64,000 nucleotides of DNA from NCBI GenBank assembly GCA_963764165.1, contig CAVXRD010000002.1, positions 2,496,001 to 2,560,000 on the forward strand, in the 5' to 3' direction. The DNA comes from an uncultured Verrucomicrobiae bacterium. GTDB taxonomy: Bacteria > Verrucomicrobiota > Verrucomicrobiia > Limisphaerales > Palsa-1400. A program made the position numbers and the translations under genes. Shown here in pieces: positions 34,149 to 45,800 of the stretch (its first letter is position 1; each line of letters starts with the position of its first letter). The notes under the pieces are model-generated. The model was given only the letters and a program-made list of their open reading frames with translations, did not search any database and was not told the DNA's origin.

Positions 34149-37100
34149 TCACTGGCCCTCGATGAGAAGCAAGCCGCTTTGATTTGTTCCAAGGAAGTAG
34201 CCTTGAGCGCTGGCCTGGCTTTGCAAAATGACGCCGCCGACTTTAATTGTCTTTTTCGAAACGGCCGGATTGGCGAAGCTGCCGCTGATGACTCCCGTCG
34301 TTTTGTTGGTGGTCAATGTCAGCTTGTCCGCGTTTCTTGGCAAGGTTGGGATCGTGATCGTAAGCGGCGGATTGTCGAGCTGCAATTCCACCGTCAGTCC
34401 TGGAGGCAGCTTCTGGCCCCCAAGGTAGTTCTCTCCCACCAGCGTCGCCTCCTGATTGGTGAAGCCCGAACGGCAGACCGCTGTTTTCGACGCATTTGTC
34501 GCATTGATCCAGCTTAGCGGATAAGCACCGGTGATGGTATGATTGGTGAAATAATTCCAGCCCCACAGCGAGCCCTTGCCGCCATACAAATTCACATAGA
34601 AAGGCCACAGTCCTTCTTTTGACACTTTTGTTGATTGGCTGAGGGGGGTGCCATCGGCCAGGCTCCCGGCCAGCGTGATGTTTCCCAAACTGTCCACCTT
34701 CACGGTTCCGTAACTGGCTCCAAAAGGGCCATATAGTGAATCGTTCGTGCCGGGAATGATGAAGGTATACTGGCCTTCAAACAGAGAGGCTTTGTATGAA
34801 CTGCTGAACACGGCCCGATCACCTCTTAATTGGCTGCTGAACTCGGCGTTGCTAATGGCGCCACTGACGGATTGATCGGCAAAATCCAATTGCAGGGCCG
34901 TGGTCAGTGAAGGAATGCCGCCGATTTTCTTTGAAACAATGAGCGCCGCTCCCCCGAGGTCGAACTTGCCTGAAAGGGGCACCTTCTCGCCACTCAAATC
35001 AAGAGTGCCGGAGATGGCGCCGCCGCTGGTCACGCTGAATGAGAACGAGCCTGAGTTGGACTGCTCCCGCATGGAGCTTTCCGGGGCAAAGAGACCTCGG
35101 TAGGTTCCCTCCGCTTCAAGGAAAACATTGGTCGCGAAATTGGCCACCACGACGAGGTTGGACGCCATGGTAAACTTGTAAACAGGGCTGGTGCTCAGCA
35201 TCGAGTAGGGCGGGTTGGTTCCACCCACCCAGCCGATGAAGACGTTCCTGGCCTTGGCTCCGGCGGTGACTGTGTATTTGGTTCCGATCTTCAGCTTCTT
35301 GGACCACGTTGCGTGCTGGATGGTGCCCGATCCGTTGGTCAGAAGCACCAGTTCGGCGCTCGGGGCGTTGGACGTGTAGATGCCGCTAGCCAGGGCCGTC
35401 ACGCCGTCGGTGATCGTGACCACTTGGTTCGACGGCGCATCCCAATTGGAAACGGAGGTAAACGACAATGTGTGGCTGCCCGCCGCCAAATTGGCCACGG
35501 TCGCCCCGCTGGTCTGATTGGGTCCTCCATCCACCTGCCATTGAGCTGCGCTGCGCAGAGCGGCTGGGAGCAGATCGACAGTCAAGGCACCCGAGGTGGA
35601 CGTCCCTATCAACGTGTAAAGGACGTTGGTTGGCGTGTTCACACCGCTGGTGATCGTAACCGTTTGATCCGCAGGAATATTCCATCCGGCAATGGGTTTG
35701 AATGAAACAGAGTGCGTTCCCGGCGGCACATTCGCCATCACGGCGCCGTTGGTTTGCCATGGACCAGCGCCATCCAGTTGCCACTCGGCCCCGGCGGCGA
35801 CTGCGGCGTCTGGCAGCAGAGTAACCGTCAGACTGCCCAGCCCTCCCGACGTCAAGGTGGTATTAGAGGCGGTGCCGGAGATTTTAACCCTCAGCCCGCA
35901 TGGATTGCCCCCATCCGGCTGCGAATTATAGACAATGAAATCCAGCGTATTGGTTCCAGCGACAAAATTGCTGGATATGACATACGGTCCAAACCAGGTT
36001 TCGAAGTCCGAAGGGGCCGGAAAATTCGATATCGAGCTTATCCCATTTACTAATACATCCTCAAGTTGGTTATCAGCGATAGCTTGAAAGGTAATTTCGG
36101 CAGTGGCCGGATCGAATCCAGTAAGATCAAACGTCGTCCGAAAGTCATATGAGCCCATAGGATCCTGGCTCTCGAAGCCATAACTCGGCTGAGGGGTGAC
36201 CCAGAGTGAATACGAGTCATCATTGAGCCAGCCGCCGTCTCCGACGGGGTAACCATTTGTCTCGACCGCGTAAGCCGCGAAGGGCGTTGCCGCAGTGCCG
36301 TCGGGGGCGGAAATGATAACGTAATGCGGATCTTGGGTTCCTGTGGGCAACGGATTAAATTGGTCGTCCAGCCCTGTGCTGTAGATCGTGAAGTTCGTCA
36401 GGCCGGATTCCGTCGTGAAGATTGAGCTGGGTTCGAGCACCACCACTTGGCCCGCGCCGCTTCCGGGCGCCAGCGCAACGATGATGTCCAGGCGTCCGTC
36501 CTGGTTTAGGTCGTCGACCACCACATTCTGGATGGTTTGAGCGCCGAAATCATTCTCCCAAAGGACTTGAGTTAAAGCGCCATTGAGGATGACCAATGTG
36601 TCATTCCCGCTGGTCGGCTGATACACCGCCAGAACTTGCTGGGCGCCAGTTCCAGCCAGATCCGCCACCGCCACTGGAATGAAAAGTCCGCTGGCGCGGC
36701 TGTAGCTTGCTGTGGCCGTCAAATTTGAACCGAAGGCGAGCAGAAAAGGCGACGTGCCTTCATAAGAAGCCACAACGATCTCATCCCCAGGCACACCGTC
36801 CAAGTCGCCGAAGGCTGCGTTATCAATGTCAATGTAATGGCCCAAATTGAATTCGGCCATCTCCGCGCCATTGGTGGGATTCAACATTTGAAGGCCACCG
36901 TAACCATAGTCGCCCAGGCTCCAGCCGTGTTCCGACGTCGTCGCCACAATCTCGCGTGTTCCGTCCCCGTTCAAGTCGGGCAGATACACTCCGGAATCAA
37001 GAAATCCGCCGGAAGCGTAAGATTGCAGCCAGTTTAGCGCACCCGTGGCGGGCGCATAACTCCAGGTGTAATTGGCATTATCAACTGTGCCGTCCGCGCC

Positions 37101-37799
37101 CACGTTGTCGTTGGCCGGTCCCCACGCGGCTGCCAGCAGGTTGCTGTTGCCGCCGGCGTTGGCCCACCGCACACCGTTGGGAGCCGGGCCAATGACATTG
37201 CGCCAGATACTTTGTCCGGTGGCGTAGCTTGTCAGTTCAAATCCTCGCACGCCGCCATCGTCCACTCCGTATCCGCTCGTCAGTTGCGAGACAATCTCCA
37301 CCTGCCCGGTTCCTTCCAAGTCGGCTGCGAACATGGGAGTTACTGTTTGGTCGCCTTGCCCCGTCCCTGCCACCACGATCGTTTTCAGCAAGGTGCCGTC
37401 GGCTTGATAGACAAGAATGTCAAAATTGTAATTGGTGTCCATTTGCACTGCCAGAATCTCGAGCACGCCGTCCAGGTTAACGTCAGCCAGGCAGGCCAAG
37501 GTCGCACCGGTGGCAATGAAATCCAATTCCGTTCCGATGCCGTCAAATACGCCGATGCCGCCAGGTACGCTGGCCACCAATTGAGACGTTCCGCTGCCCA
37601 GCACATCACCCGTCAGCGGCAGACTCGCCCCTGCCAGCGACCATGCGTTCGTGTAGGTGCTGACGTTCACGCGGCTGCTGGAGTAGCCGCCATTGCGGGA
37701 GCCATAAACGTCCTTGTCGCGCATCGGCCATTGGGCCTGCACCGCTGCCGGTGCGGCTAGGATTAGACTGCTTAAAAGGAGGAAGAGTGTTCGTTTCAT
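34149..37799 (-). CDS. Large secreted FG-GAP/VCBS-repeat (beta-propeller) protein with a lectin-like domain, Ig-like modules and the shared C-terminal domain
   Basis: Signal peptide MKRTLFLLLSSLILAAPAAVQA-Q. Repeats ADVNLDGVLEI, ADLEGTGQVEI, DLNGDGTREI, GDLDGVPGDEI and DDLNQDGRLDI. FRTTFDLTGFDP...ADN...NG domain. Confidence 0.85.
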   Translation of the reverse strand: MKRTLFLLLSSLILAAPAAVQAQWPMRDKDVYGSRNGGYSSSRVNVSTYTNAWSLAGASLPLTGDVLGSGTSQLVASVPGGIGVFDGIGTELDFIATGATLACLADVNLDGVLEILAVQMDTNYNFDILVYQADGTLLKTIVVAGTGQGDQTVTPMFAADLEGTGQVEIVSQLTSGYGVDDGGVRGFELTSYATGQSIWRNVIGPAPNGVRWANAGGNSNLLAAAWGPANDNVGADGTVDNANYTWSYAPATGALNWLQSYASGGFLDSGVYLPDLNGDGTREIVATTSEHGWSLGDYGYGGLQMLNPTNGAEMAEFNLGHYIDIDNAAFGDLDGVPGDEIVVASYEGTSPFLLAFGSNLTATASYSRASGLFIPVAVADLAGTGAQQVLAVYQPTSGNDTLVILNGALTQVLWENDFGAQTIQNVVVDDLNQDGRLDIIVALAPGSGAGQVVVLEPSSIFTTESGLTNFTIYSTGLDDQFNPLPTGTQDPHYVIISAPDGTAATPFAAYAVETNGYPVGDGGWLNDDSYSLWVTPQPSYGFESQDPMGSYDFRTTFDLTGFDPATAEITFQAIADNQLEDVLVNGISSISNFPAPSDFETWFGPYVISSNFVAGTNTLDFIVYNSQPDGGNPCGLRVKISGTASNTTLTSGGLGSLTVTLLPDAAVAAGAEWQLDGAGPWQTNGAVMANVPPGTHSVSFKPIAGWNIPADQTVTITSGVNTPTNVLYTLIGTSTSGALTVDLLPAALRSAAQWQVDGGPNQTSGATVANLAAGSHTLSFTSVSNWDAPSNQVVTITDGVTALASGIYTSNAPSAELVLLTNGSGTIQHATWSKKLKIGTKYTVTAGAKARNVFIGWVGGTNPPYSMLSTSPVYKFTMASNLVVVANFATNVFLEAEGTYRGLFAPESSMREQSNSGSFSFSVTSGGAISGTLDLSGEKVPLSGKFDLGGAALIVSKKIGGIPSLTTALQLDFADQSVSGAISNAEFSSQLRGDRAVFSSSYKASLFEGQYTFIIPGTNDSLYGPFGASYGTVKVDSLGNITLAGSLADGTPLSQSTKVSKEGLWPFYVNLYGGKGSLWGWNYFTNHTITGAYPLSWINATNASKTAVCRSGFTNQEATLVGENYLGGQKLPPGLTVELQLDNPPLTITIPTLPRNADKLTLTTNKTTGVISGSFANPAVSKKTIKVGGVILQSQASAQGYFLGTNQSGLLLIEGQ

Positions 37800-38042
37800 A
37801 GCTATAAATACGGCTGATTTTCCAGAATCTGACAAAAATCTGCCACTGGCCCGCCATCGCCCACGCAACCCGCCTATGCTGTAGCTTTCGATTGCGGAGA
37901 AGCGGCAATCAATAAAAAGTGCGTGCTGTCATACATATGCGCGGAGGACCGCAAGCGCAAGACAATTCGCTTCCCCTGGCGCAAAAAGCTTGCACACTGC
38001 CACCCCCATGCTAATCATCTATCAAGCAAACCGGAACGGGAT

Positions 38043-39185
38043 ATGATGTCGCCACGAATAAATCCAAAATGGCTGTGGTTGGGCTTGGCTGGCTTGGCTC
38101 TTATCCTGGCGCTTGCTATCCACCGCCCGATTCAAACCAAGCCGGATGCTGGTCCGTCCCAGTCTTCCGCATCGGGGCAAAATTTCCCTCAAACCACGGT
38201 GTCTCTGGCGCCGCATGTTTCCGTTCTGCAAGCTGCTTGTGACGCGTTGCGCTCGGCTTCCAATGCCGCCAACACACGACAACAATTGGCGGCGCTGCGC
38301 CAGTCGCTGGGCGCCATGCCTGTCAAAGAAGCGGTGGCTACCATCAAGCAGTTTCTGGATTCCAAGTCGGACGCGCCGACCCATCTCGGTTTCAGGCTCG
38401 CGTCCGGCGGTTTGCTGGACGAAGCGCCAACACTCCGAACCTTTTTGCTGGATGAATGGTCCCGGCTCGATCCCGCCACCGCCGCCGAGTATTCGAAAAT
38501 CATCCTGGCTGGCATGGATTCCGCCGATGAATGGGCGGTGGCCTTGCGCAATCTGGCCTCGGGTGACGCCAGCGCCGATGGCCGCGCGCTTCTGGAGCAA
38601 AAAATAGCCCTGATGCTGCAATATGCGCCATGGCAGCAAAATCCATCGACCGGTTATCTGGAGGCATTCGATGTGCCGGTTTATTTGGGCGGGACGGGTT
38701 TCGTGCCAACGCTGTCGGGCCTGGTGCAAAGCCAGGACAATTCCGCCGTGGCGCACGCCGCCTTCCTGGCGCTGGACCGATTGGTCATCAACAACCCGGC
38801 GACAGTGCTGCAGGCGCTGGAAGCTCAGCCGGGTTTGATGACGGGCCGGGAATCGACGCGGGCGGACTACTTCGCCCGCGCGGACGTGCGGGATCCGCAA
38901 CAGCAGCAAATCCTGCAAAGCTACCTGCTCAACCCCTCCATTAGCGCGGCGGAGCTGCAAACGTTTGCCGGCATCTATCCCAACGCCAATTTCATGATCT
39001 CGCCCAACCTTCTCACTCAGGCGGCCACCCCCGACCATGACTCATTGATGAGCCGCGACGCGGAATCGCTGGCCGTTGCGCAGCAGTGGCTGGGCGATTC
39101 GCGTTTTGCCAATGTGGCTCCCGAGTTGCGGACGATCATTCAGCGGCTGCAGGGATTCGCGGCGCAGGCGCAGCAGCGGCCGTGA
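38043..39185 (+). CDS. Hypothetical membrane-anchored, helical periplasmic protein
   Basis: N-terminal hydrophobic segment WLWLGLAGLALILALAI followed by an all-alpha-like body. First gene of the apparent operon with the FecR-barrel gene. Confidence 0.75.
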   Translation: MMSPRINPKWLWLGLAGLALILALAIHRPIQTKPDAGPSQSSASGQNFPQTTVSLAPHVSVLQAACDALRSASNAANTRQQLAALRQSLGAMPVKEAVATIKQFLDSKSDAPTHLGFRLASGGLLDEAPTLRTFLLDEWSRLDPATAAEYSKIILAGMDSADEWAVALRNLASGDASADGRALLEQKIALMLQYAPWQQNPSTGYLEAFDVPVYLGGTGFVPTLSGLVQSQDNSAVAHAAFLALDRLVINNPATVLQALEAQPGLMTGRESTRADYFARADVRDPQQQQILQSYLLNPSISAAELQTFAGIYPNANFMISPNLLTQAATPDHDSLMSRDAESLAVAQQWLGDSRFANVAPELRTIIQRLQGFAAQAQQRP

Positions 39186-39278
39186 GCCCTGTTTAAGGCG
39201 AACTCCAGGTCAAGACGGATTCCGCGCGGCCTCTCTTTCAGAGCCTCTACGGAGGCGGTGTGTTGGCGACTTGAAACT

Positions 39279-42200
39279 ATGTGGCGAACCATTATTGTCA
39301 CCCTGTTTTGCGCGTTTGAACTGCCGGCGCAAACAACCAATCTGGCGGCGCTCGCCAAGGGGCAGGCGCTCGTGCTGTTTGTGGAAAACCGCGCGGAGGT
39401 GCTGCGCAGCGGCGCCACCTCATGGGATCCGGCCACCACCAACGCCCCGTATAATATTCTCAAGCACGGGGATCAGCTGCGCACCCAGACTAACAGCAGG
39501 GCTGTCATCTGGTATCCCGATGGCAGAGGCGCAGTCACCTTGGGGCAGTCAACCCGTGTCCAGCTTCCGCTTGACTCGGAGGATGAGTCCACCCTTCAGA
39601 TTTGGCTGGGCAAGGTGTTCAATTTTCATCGCGGCCCGCCCGGCAAGCTGCGCTTTAATACGCCCACCACCCCCGCCATTGTTCGCGGCACGGAGTTTGT
39701 GCTGCAAGTGGACGCCGACAGCACGAGCATCACCGTTTTCAATGGTGAAGTGGATATGGAAAACAAGTGGGGGCAGTTGACTCTTGCCAGCGGCCAGTCC
39801 GGCGTGGCCCGGCTCGGAGCGCCTCCGGCCCGCACTGCCGTAGTCGCGACGATGGATTTGATTCAGTGGTGCATGTATTATCCGGGGGTGCTGTGCCTGG
39901 ACGACGTGGCCCCGGGCGGATTGGGCGGCGACTTGCAGGACTCGGTGAATGCCTATCGCAGTGGCAACCTTATTGAAGCTCTCAAGCTATGGCCGGCCCA
40001 ACGGGTTCCAGTATCAGACGATGAACGCGTCTATAAAGCGGCTTTGTTGCTGAGTGTTGGAAACGTCGACGGAGCATGGGACTTGCTGGCTGGGTTGAGC
40101 CCTGGCACATCCGCCCCAGGGGAAGGGGCTGCGCCGCGCAGGCTGGGCCGCGCGCTGGAACGGTTTGTCACGCTGGTCAAAACCAACAACATAGCCACTC
40201 TGGCTGGCGCGGACACCAGCCATTTTTGTGCGACGGAGTGGCTGGTTGAATCTTACTATTTGCAGGCGCAATTCCGTTTGGAGGCGGCCCGGGAGGCGGC
40301 CCGCCAGGCGGTGGCGCGCGCGCCTGACTTTGCCTTTGCGTGGGAGCGCTTGGCTGAATTGGAGTTCGGATTTGGGCGTGTCAACCAATCGCAGGAGGAT
40401 TTGGCCAGGAGCTTGGAGCTGGCGCCGCGAAATGCCCAGGCGGTCGCCTTGCGCGGCTTTCTTCTGTCCGCGCAGAATCGAATCAAGCCAGCCATCGCTG
40501 AGTTTGATCGCGCCATTTCCCTGGATGGCAGTCTTGGCAATGCCTGGCTTGGGCGCGGCTTGTGCTGGATTCGCCTGGGGCGGACGAGCCAGGGCCTCGA
40601 CGATATTGAAGTGGCGGCTGCCGTGGAACCGCAACGGGCTTTGTTCCGCAGTTACTTGGGCAAGGCGTTTAGCCAGGCGGGGCTGGATGAAAAAGCCACA
40701 AAGGAGCTAAAGCTGGCCCGAGAATTCGATCCTCGCGATCCAACGGCGCGGCTCTACTCGGCGCTGCTGGAACAGCAGGAGAATCAAATCAACACTGCCA
40801 TTTCAGATCTGCAGTCCGCCGAGGCCGATAATACAAACCGCAGCGTGTTCCGCTCGCGTCTGCTGCTGGACCAGGATCACGCCGTGACCAGCGCCAACCT
40901 GGCTTCCGTTTACCGCGACGCAGGCATGACCGATGTCAGCGTCCGGGAAGCGGCACGGGCGGTCAACGACGATTACGGCAACGCCGCCGCGCATTTGTTC
41001 CTATCCGACAGCTACTACTCACTGCTTGATCCCACGCAGTTCAACCTGCGTTACGACACGGTTTGGTTTAACGAATTGCTCCTGGCCAACATTCTGGCTC
41101 CTGTGGGCTCCGGGCGCCTTTCCCAGCAAGTCTCGCAACAGGATTACTCCAAGCTATTCGAGGCAGATGGCCTGGGCGTGGCAAATTCAACCGACATCCG
41201 GACTGACGGGATGATCCGCCAGACAGCATCCCAGTTCGGCGCCTACGGCGATACTGGCTACGGTTTTGACCTCGACTACACCCATAACAACGGTTTTCGA
41301 GTGAATAACACTTTGGATAATCTCAGCATGGACGCGACACTCAAGCAGCAAGTCGGGCCGCATGACACCGCCATGCTGCTGGTGGAATACGAAAATTTCC
41401 ATTCCGGCGATAATAATCAGTATTACTACCAAAGCGATGCCCTGCCCTATTACAGCTTCGCCGAGCAGCAGCAGCCCGAGCTGGTCGGCACATGGCATCA
41501 CGAGTGGGCGCCCGGCATGCATACGCTGCTTCTTCTAGGCAGGCTGGTGGACGACCAGCAATTTGCTGATAGAGCGGCGCCGCAACTGAAACTCGACGAG
41601 AGCGGCGGCGTTATTTCCGGGGGATCCGGTGCCGATGCATTCGACGCGCGCTACCGGGAAACATTTGAAATTTATTCAGCCGAACTGAACCAAATTTGCC
41701 AATGGGACAGAGTCACCCTGTCGGCCGGCGGGCGTTACCAATCAGGCGAGTTCCGCACGCAAGATCAGTATGCGAATCCATCAAGCAACCTGGCTATTTT
41801 ATTCGCGCCGTCTTACAGCGGCAATACGGTTGGTCTTTTCCAGCGAGCCACAGCTTATTCCTATCTCACCGTCCAGCCGGTGGAGCATCTGTGGCTTACC
41901 GGCGGATTGGCGGCTGACGCCGAAAAATTCCCCGACACCTTTCGCAATCCGCCCGTCAGCTCAGGCGAAGACAGCCGCTCTCAACTCGGTCCCAAAGCCG
42001 CCCTGGTCTGGAGTCCTGCTCCGGAAGCGACCGTGCGCGGGATCTACACCCGGTCGCTCGGCGGCGCCAGTCTGGACGAAAGCTACCGCCTGGAGCCGAC
42101 CGAATTGGCGGGCTTTCCGCAAGCCTTCCGCAGCCTTATTCCCGAGTCGGCCCAAGGCGTCGCTTCCCAATCGGCCCCGACCTTGGAAACCATGGGCGGG

Positions 42201-42806
42201 GCTCTCGATCTTAAATTTGGCGGCCGCACCTATTTGGGATTCCAGGCCGAGCGCCTGGCCTCGCGGGTGAATCAAGGCCAGGGCGATTTCGTCGTGAGCG
42301 AGGACAGCTCGGGCGATATTGAGGGGCCAGCCGCGGTTTCCTCCACGCCGGAACAATTCAATTACGTCGAGCACGACGGTTCAGTCAGCCTCAACCAGCT
42401 TCTGGGCGGCGGATTCGCTCTCGGCGCCGCCTATAAAGTCACCCAATCCGACCTTCACCAAATGTATCCCGCCATTCCGGCTTTTGTCATCGCGCCCAAC
42501 CACTTTCAATCGACCCTGCAGGAAATTGACAATTACATCCTGTTCAACGACCGCTCTGGCTTCTATTGCAAGTTCGACGCGCATTGGTATGGCCAGAAGA
42601 ATTCCGGCTGGACGCCCATGGAGCCATACTCCAGTTTCTTCCAGGAAAACATCTACGCCGGCTACCGTTTTCTGCACCGCCGGGCCGAATTGCAGCTGGG
42701 CATCCTCAACCTTGCCGGCGGCGGCTACAATCTAAACCCGCTGACCGCCTATCAGGAATTGCCCATGAAGCGGGTGTTTGAAGCAAGGTTTAACTTCATT
42801 TTCTAA
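39279..42806 (+). CDS. FecR domain, TPR repeats and a C-terminal TonB-dependent-receptor-like outer-membrane beta-barrel
   Basis: Signal peptide; FecR motifs LKHGDQLRT..NSRA, FNTPTTPAIVRGTEF and VFNGEV; TPRs (PDFAFAWERLAEL, LGNAWLGRGL, RSYLGKAF); amphipathic beta-strands ending RVFEARFNFIF (terminal Phe). Confidence 0.88.
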   Translation: MWRTIIVTLFCAFELPAQTTNLAALAKGQALVLFVENRAEVLRSGATSWDPATTNAPYNILKHGDQLRTQTNSRAVIWYPDGRGAVTLGQSTRVQLPLDSEDESTLQIWLGKVFNFHRGPPGKLRFNTPTTPAIVRGTEFVLQVDADSTSITVFNGEVDMENKWGQLTLASGQSGVARLGAPPARTAVVATMDLIQWCMYYPGVLCLDDVAPGGLGGDLQDSVNAYRSGNLIEALKLWPAQRVPVSDDERVYKAALLLSVGNVDGAWDLLAGLSPGTSAPGEGAAPRRLGRALERFVTLVKTNNIATLAGADTSHFCATEWLVESYYLQAQFRLEAAREAARQAVARAPDFAFAWERLAELEFGFGRVNQSQEDLARSLELAPRNAQAVALRGFLLSAQNRIKPAIAEFDRAISLDGSLGNAWLGRGLCWIRLGRTSQGLDDIEVAAAVEPQRALFRSYLGKAFSQAGLDEKATKELKLAREFDPRDPTARLYSALLEQQENQINTAISDLQSAEADNTNRSVFRSRLLLDQDHAVTSANLASVYRDAGMTDVSVREAARAVNDDYGNAAAHLFLSDSYYSLLDPTQFNLRYDTVWFNELLLANILAPVGSGRLSQQVSQQDYSKLFEADGLGVANSTDIRTDGMIRQTASQFGAYGDTGYGFDLDYTHNNGFRVNNTLDNLSMDATLKQQVGPHDTAMLLVEYENFHSGDNNQYYYQSDALPYYSFAEQQQPELVGTWHHEWAPGMHTLLLLGRLVDDQQFADRAAPQLKLDESGGVISGGSGADAFDARYRETFEIYSAELNQICQWDRVTLSAGGRYQSGEFRTQDQYANPSSNLAILFAPSYSGNTVGLFQRATAYSYLTVQPVEHLWLTGGLAADAEKFPDTFRNPPVSSGEDSRSQLGPKAALVWSPAPEATVRGIYTRSLGGASLDESYRLEPTELAGFPQAFRSLIPESAQGVASQSAPTLETMGGALDLKFGGRTYLGFQAERLASRVNQGQGDFVVSEDSSGDIEGPAAVSSTPEQFNYVEHDGSVSLNQLLGGGFALGAAYKVTQSDLHQMYPAIPAFVIAPNHFQSTLQEIDNYILFNDRSGFYCKFDAHWYGQKNSGWTPMEPYSSFFQENIYAGYRFLHRRAELQLGILNLAGGGYNLNPLTAYQELPMKRVFEARFNFIF

Positions 42807-42819
42807 ACTGCTTGTATCA

Positions 42820-45800
42820 ATGAAAAAAACGTGGCTCGTCATTTTTTGTTTGTTGCTGTTGGGCGTTTCAGCGCCGGCACAAGGTCAATTTACATATACC
42901 AACAGCCACGGCACTCTTGTCATCACGGGTTATAGCGGGCCGGGCGGCGCGGTGAACATTCCAGCCACCATCAATGATCTAAAGGTCACCAGCATCGGAG
43001 ATTACGCATTCGCAGGCACAGATCTAAGCAGCATCGGCATTCCTGACAGTGTCACCAACATCGGTGACGGCGCGTTCAATTACTGCACGAACTTGGCGAG
43101 TATCACGGTTCCCGGCAGTGTCGTCAAATTTGGAGAAGGTGTCTTCAACTCTTGTTCGCGGCTGGCAAGCGCGACGCTCGAAGACGGAATTGTCGATATA
43201 GGAACAAACGAATTCCAAGATTGCGCAAGCCTAGTCTATATTAGCATTCCCAACAGCGTCACCAAAATCGACGATAACGCCTTCTATTCCTGCAGCAGCC
43301 TGACCAATATCGTGATTTCATCCAGAGTCGTCAGTATCGGAGGTTACGCGTTCTCCGAATGCATCAATCTGACGAGTATTGACATCCCGAGCGGCGTCAC
43401 CAAAATTGGGGAATTCTGCTTCGATGGCTGCACAAATCTCGGAGCGATTATTGTCAGCTCAAACAACCCCTCCTACGCCAGTGAGGCAGGTGTGTTATTT
43501 AACCATAAAAAGACCACTCTTGTAGGGTATCCGCAGGGAAAACCCGGGGCCTCCTACACTATACCCAGCACCGTCTCAAGTATCGGGGATTATGGGTTCT
43601 ATTCTTGTGCGCAGCTTGCCAACGTGGCGATCCCCGATAGTGTCACCAGCATTGGAAAAAGCGCATTCGGCTTCTGCACGAACCTGTCCACCATCACGAT
43701 TCCGGGCAAGGTGGCCAGAATTGGGGAAGCAGCATTCAACGACTGCTCGCAATTGGAAACTGTAACGCTCGAAAACGGTATCAAAGATATCGGAATGAAT
43801 GCGTTCCAAGACTGTATTAGCCTGACCAACGTCAGCATTCCCGGCAGCGTCACCAACATTGAGGACGGCGCGTTCAATGACTGCGCGAACCTGTCCAACA
43901 TGGCGATTCCGGGAAAGGTCGCCAGAATTGGGGAGGCTGCGTTCTACGACTGCACGCGATTGGCAGTTTTGACGCTCGAAGACGGTATCAAAGATATCGG
44001 AACGAATGCGTTCCAAGACTGTATTAGCCTGACCAACCTCAGCATTCCCGGCAGCGTCGCCAGCATCGGGGACTCCGCATTTGAAGGTTGTTCGGGCTTG
44101 ACCAGCGTTGCTATTCCTAACGGCGTCGTCAGCATTGGAAGCTTAGCGTTCTCGGAAACCAGCTTGACCAACGTCACGATTCCTGCCAGCTTAACCAACA
44201 TGGCTGGGTCACCCTTTGCCTACTGCCCAGGCCTGGCTGCCATCGTTGTGGATTCAAACAGCCGCGCCTATACAAACGTCGGAGGGGTTTTGTTTAACAG
44301 AAGCCAAACCGTCCTTGTCGGATTCCCCGAGGGTTATGCCGCGGTTTCCTACGTTATCCCTAACAGCGTGGCTAGCATCGGACCGTGGGCGTTCGGCGGC
44401 TGCAGCGGCTTAACGAACGTTTCAATCCCAGATACTGTCACCGGCATCGGGTATGGAGCATTCGCTGGTTGCAGTGGATTGACCAGTGTTTACATCCCAG
44501 ATAGTGTCACTGCAGTCGGATGGGGCGCGTTTGAAGACTGCACCAGCCTTTCAAGTGTCTCGATAGGCAATGGCGTTGAAATCATCGCGGATGCTACGTT
44601 TGAAGACTGCGGCAGCCTTACCAACGTTACAATCGGGAGCGGCGTTCAATTCCTCGACCCAGATGCATTTTTAGAATGCTTTAACTTGAGATATGTTCTT
44701 TTCGAGGGCAATGCCCCCCGCATCGGACCAGGTATATATGAACCGCACTGGGACGAGGAGTTGACGTTTTATTATCTGGCTGGTGCTAGCGGTTGGGATT
44801 CCAGTTACTACGATTACTATTACTATTACTATGGCATTCGGATTCAAATGTTGACCGCACACGGTCAGATCGAGGTCACTCTGCTGCCATCTTCCGCCAA
44901 CGGCCGGTGGCGGTTTCCTTGGGAGACGACTTGGCGGAACAGCGGCACGGCGGCGTCGAATCTGAACGCAGGCGAGTACCCCATTGTGTTTAGCACGGTG
45001 CCGGGTTACTTGACTCCCACTCTTCCATCGCCAGGATATGTGGCGGTCATTGGGGGCACCACCTTTGTCACCAATCAGTACTCTCCGGCCACTTCCTCAA
45101 GCAACGTCAACAACGTGGGAGCGCTCACGGTTAACTTTGTGCAATCCCCTCCCGCGGAGGCCGCATGGGGCGTGGCGGGCGGCCCCGCGCCGTCTTTCAC
45201 TTCCGGCTACAGAGTCAACCTGGCCGCTGGCAAGTATCTCATCGATTTCGCATCCGTCCCCGGTTATGCCACTCCCGCTGCCATATCAGTTCTGGTTGTG
45301 CCAGATTATCCTGCTGTGCTGTCGGTCAGTTACGCGCCTGTTATTCCGTTGTCCAACCTGCCGTCCAGCTTCACCAGCTTGCCAGTGCAGGTTCCTCCCA
45401 GCGAGATCAGCACGTCTCCTTTTGAGTTCAATGGCCAATTGCAAACAGATGTTGGGTACGGAAGCGGTGTGGCTGTGGAAGCGAACGTGGTGCTGACGGC
45501 TGCGGATTTGGTGTTCAACGACCAGACTTTGTCGTACGCAAGCCAGGCCACCTGGTTTCCCCAACAGGAAACAGGTGTGACTCCGCCCTACCCGATGACG
45601 GCGCGGGGCTGGTATGTGCTCAGCGGGTATGCCAGTAACCGAATCAACGATCTTCAAGATGGCTTGGCCCCAGGGCAGTCGAGTCCAGCGTCACGGAACT
45701 CTGACGTTGCAGCGTTGTTCTTTACGTCGCCGGTTGCGGGAGGGAATTCGGCGAGTTATCTATTTTCAGACGGGACGCCGAATGTGTGGTTGACCAGCCC

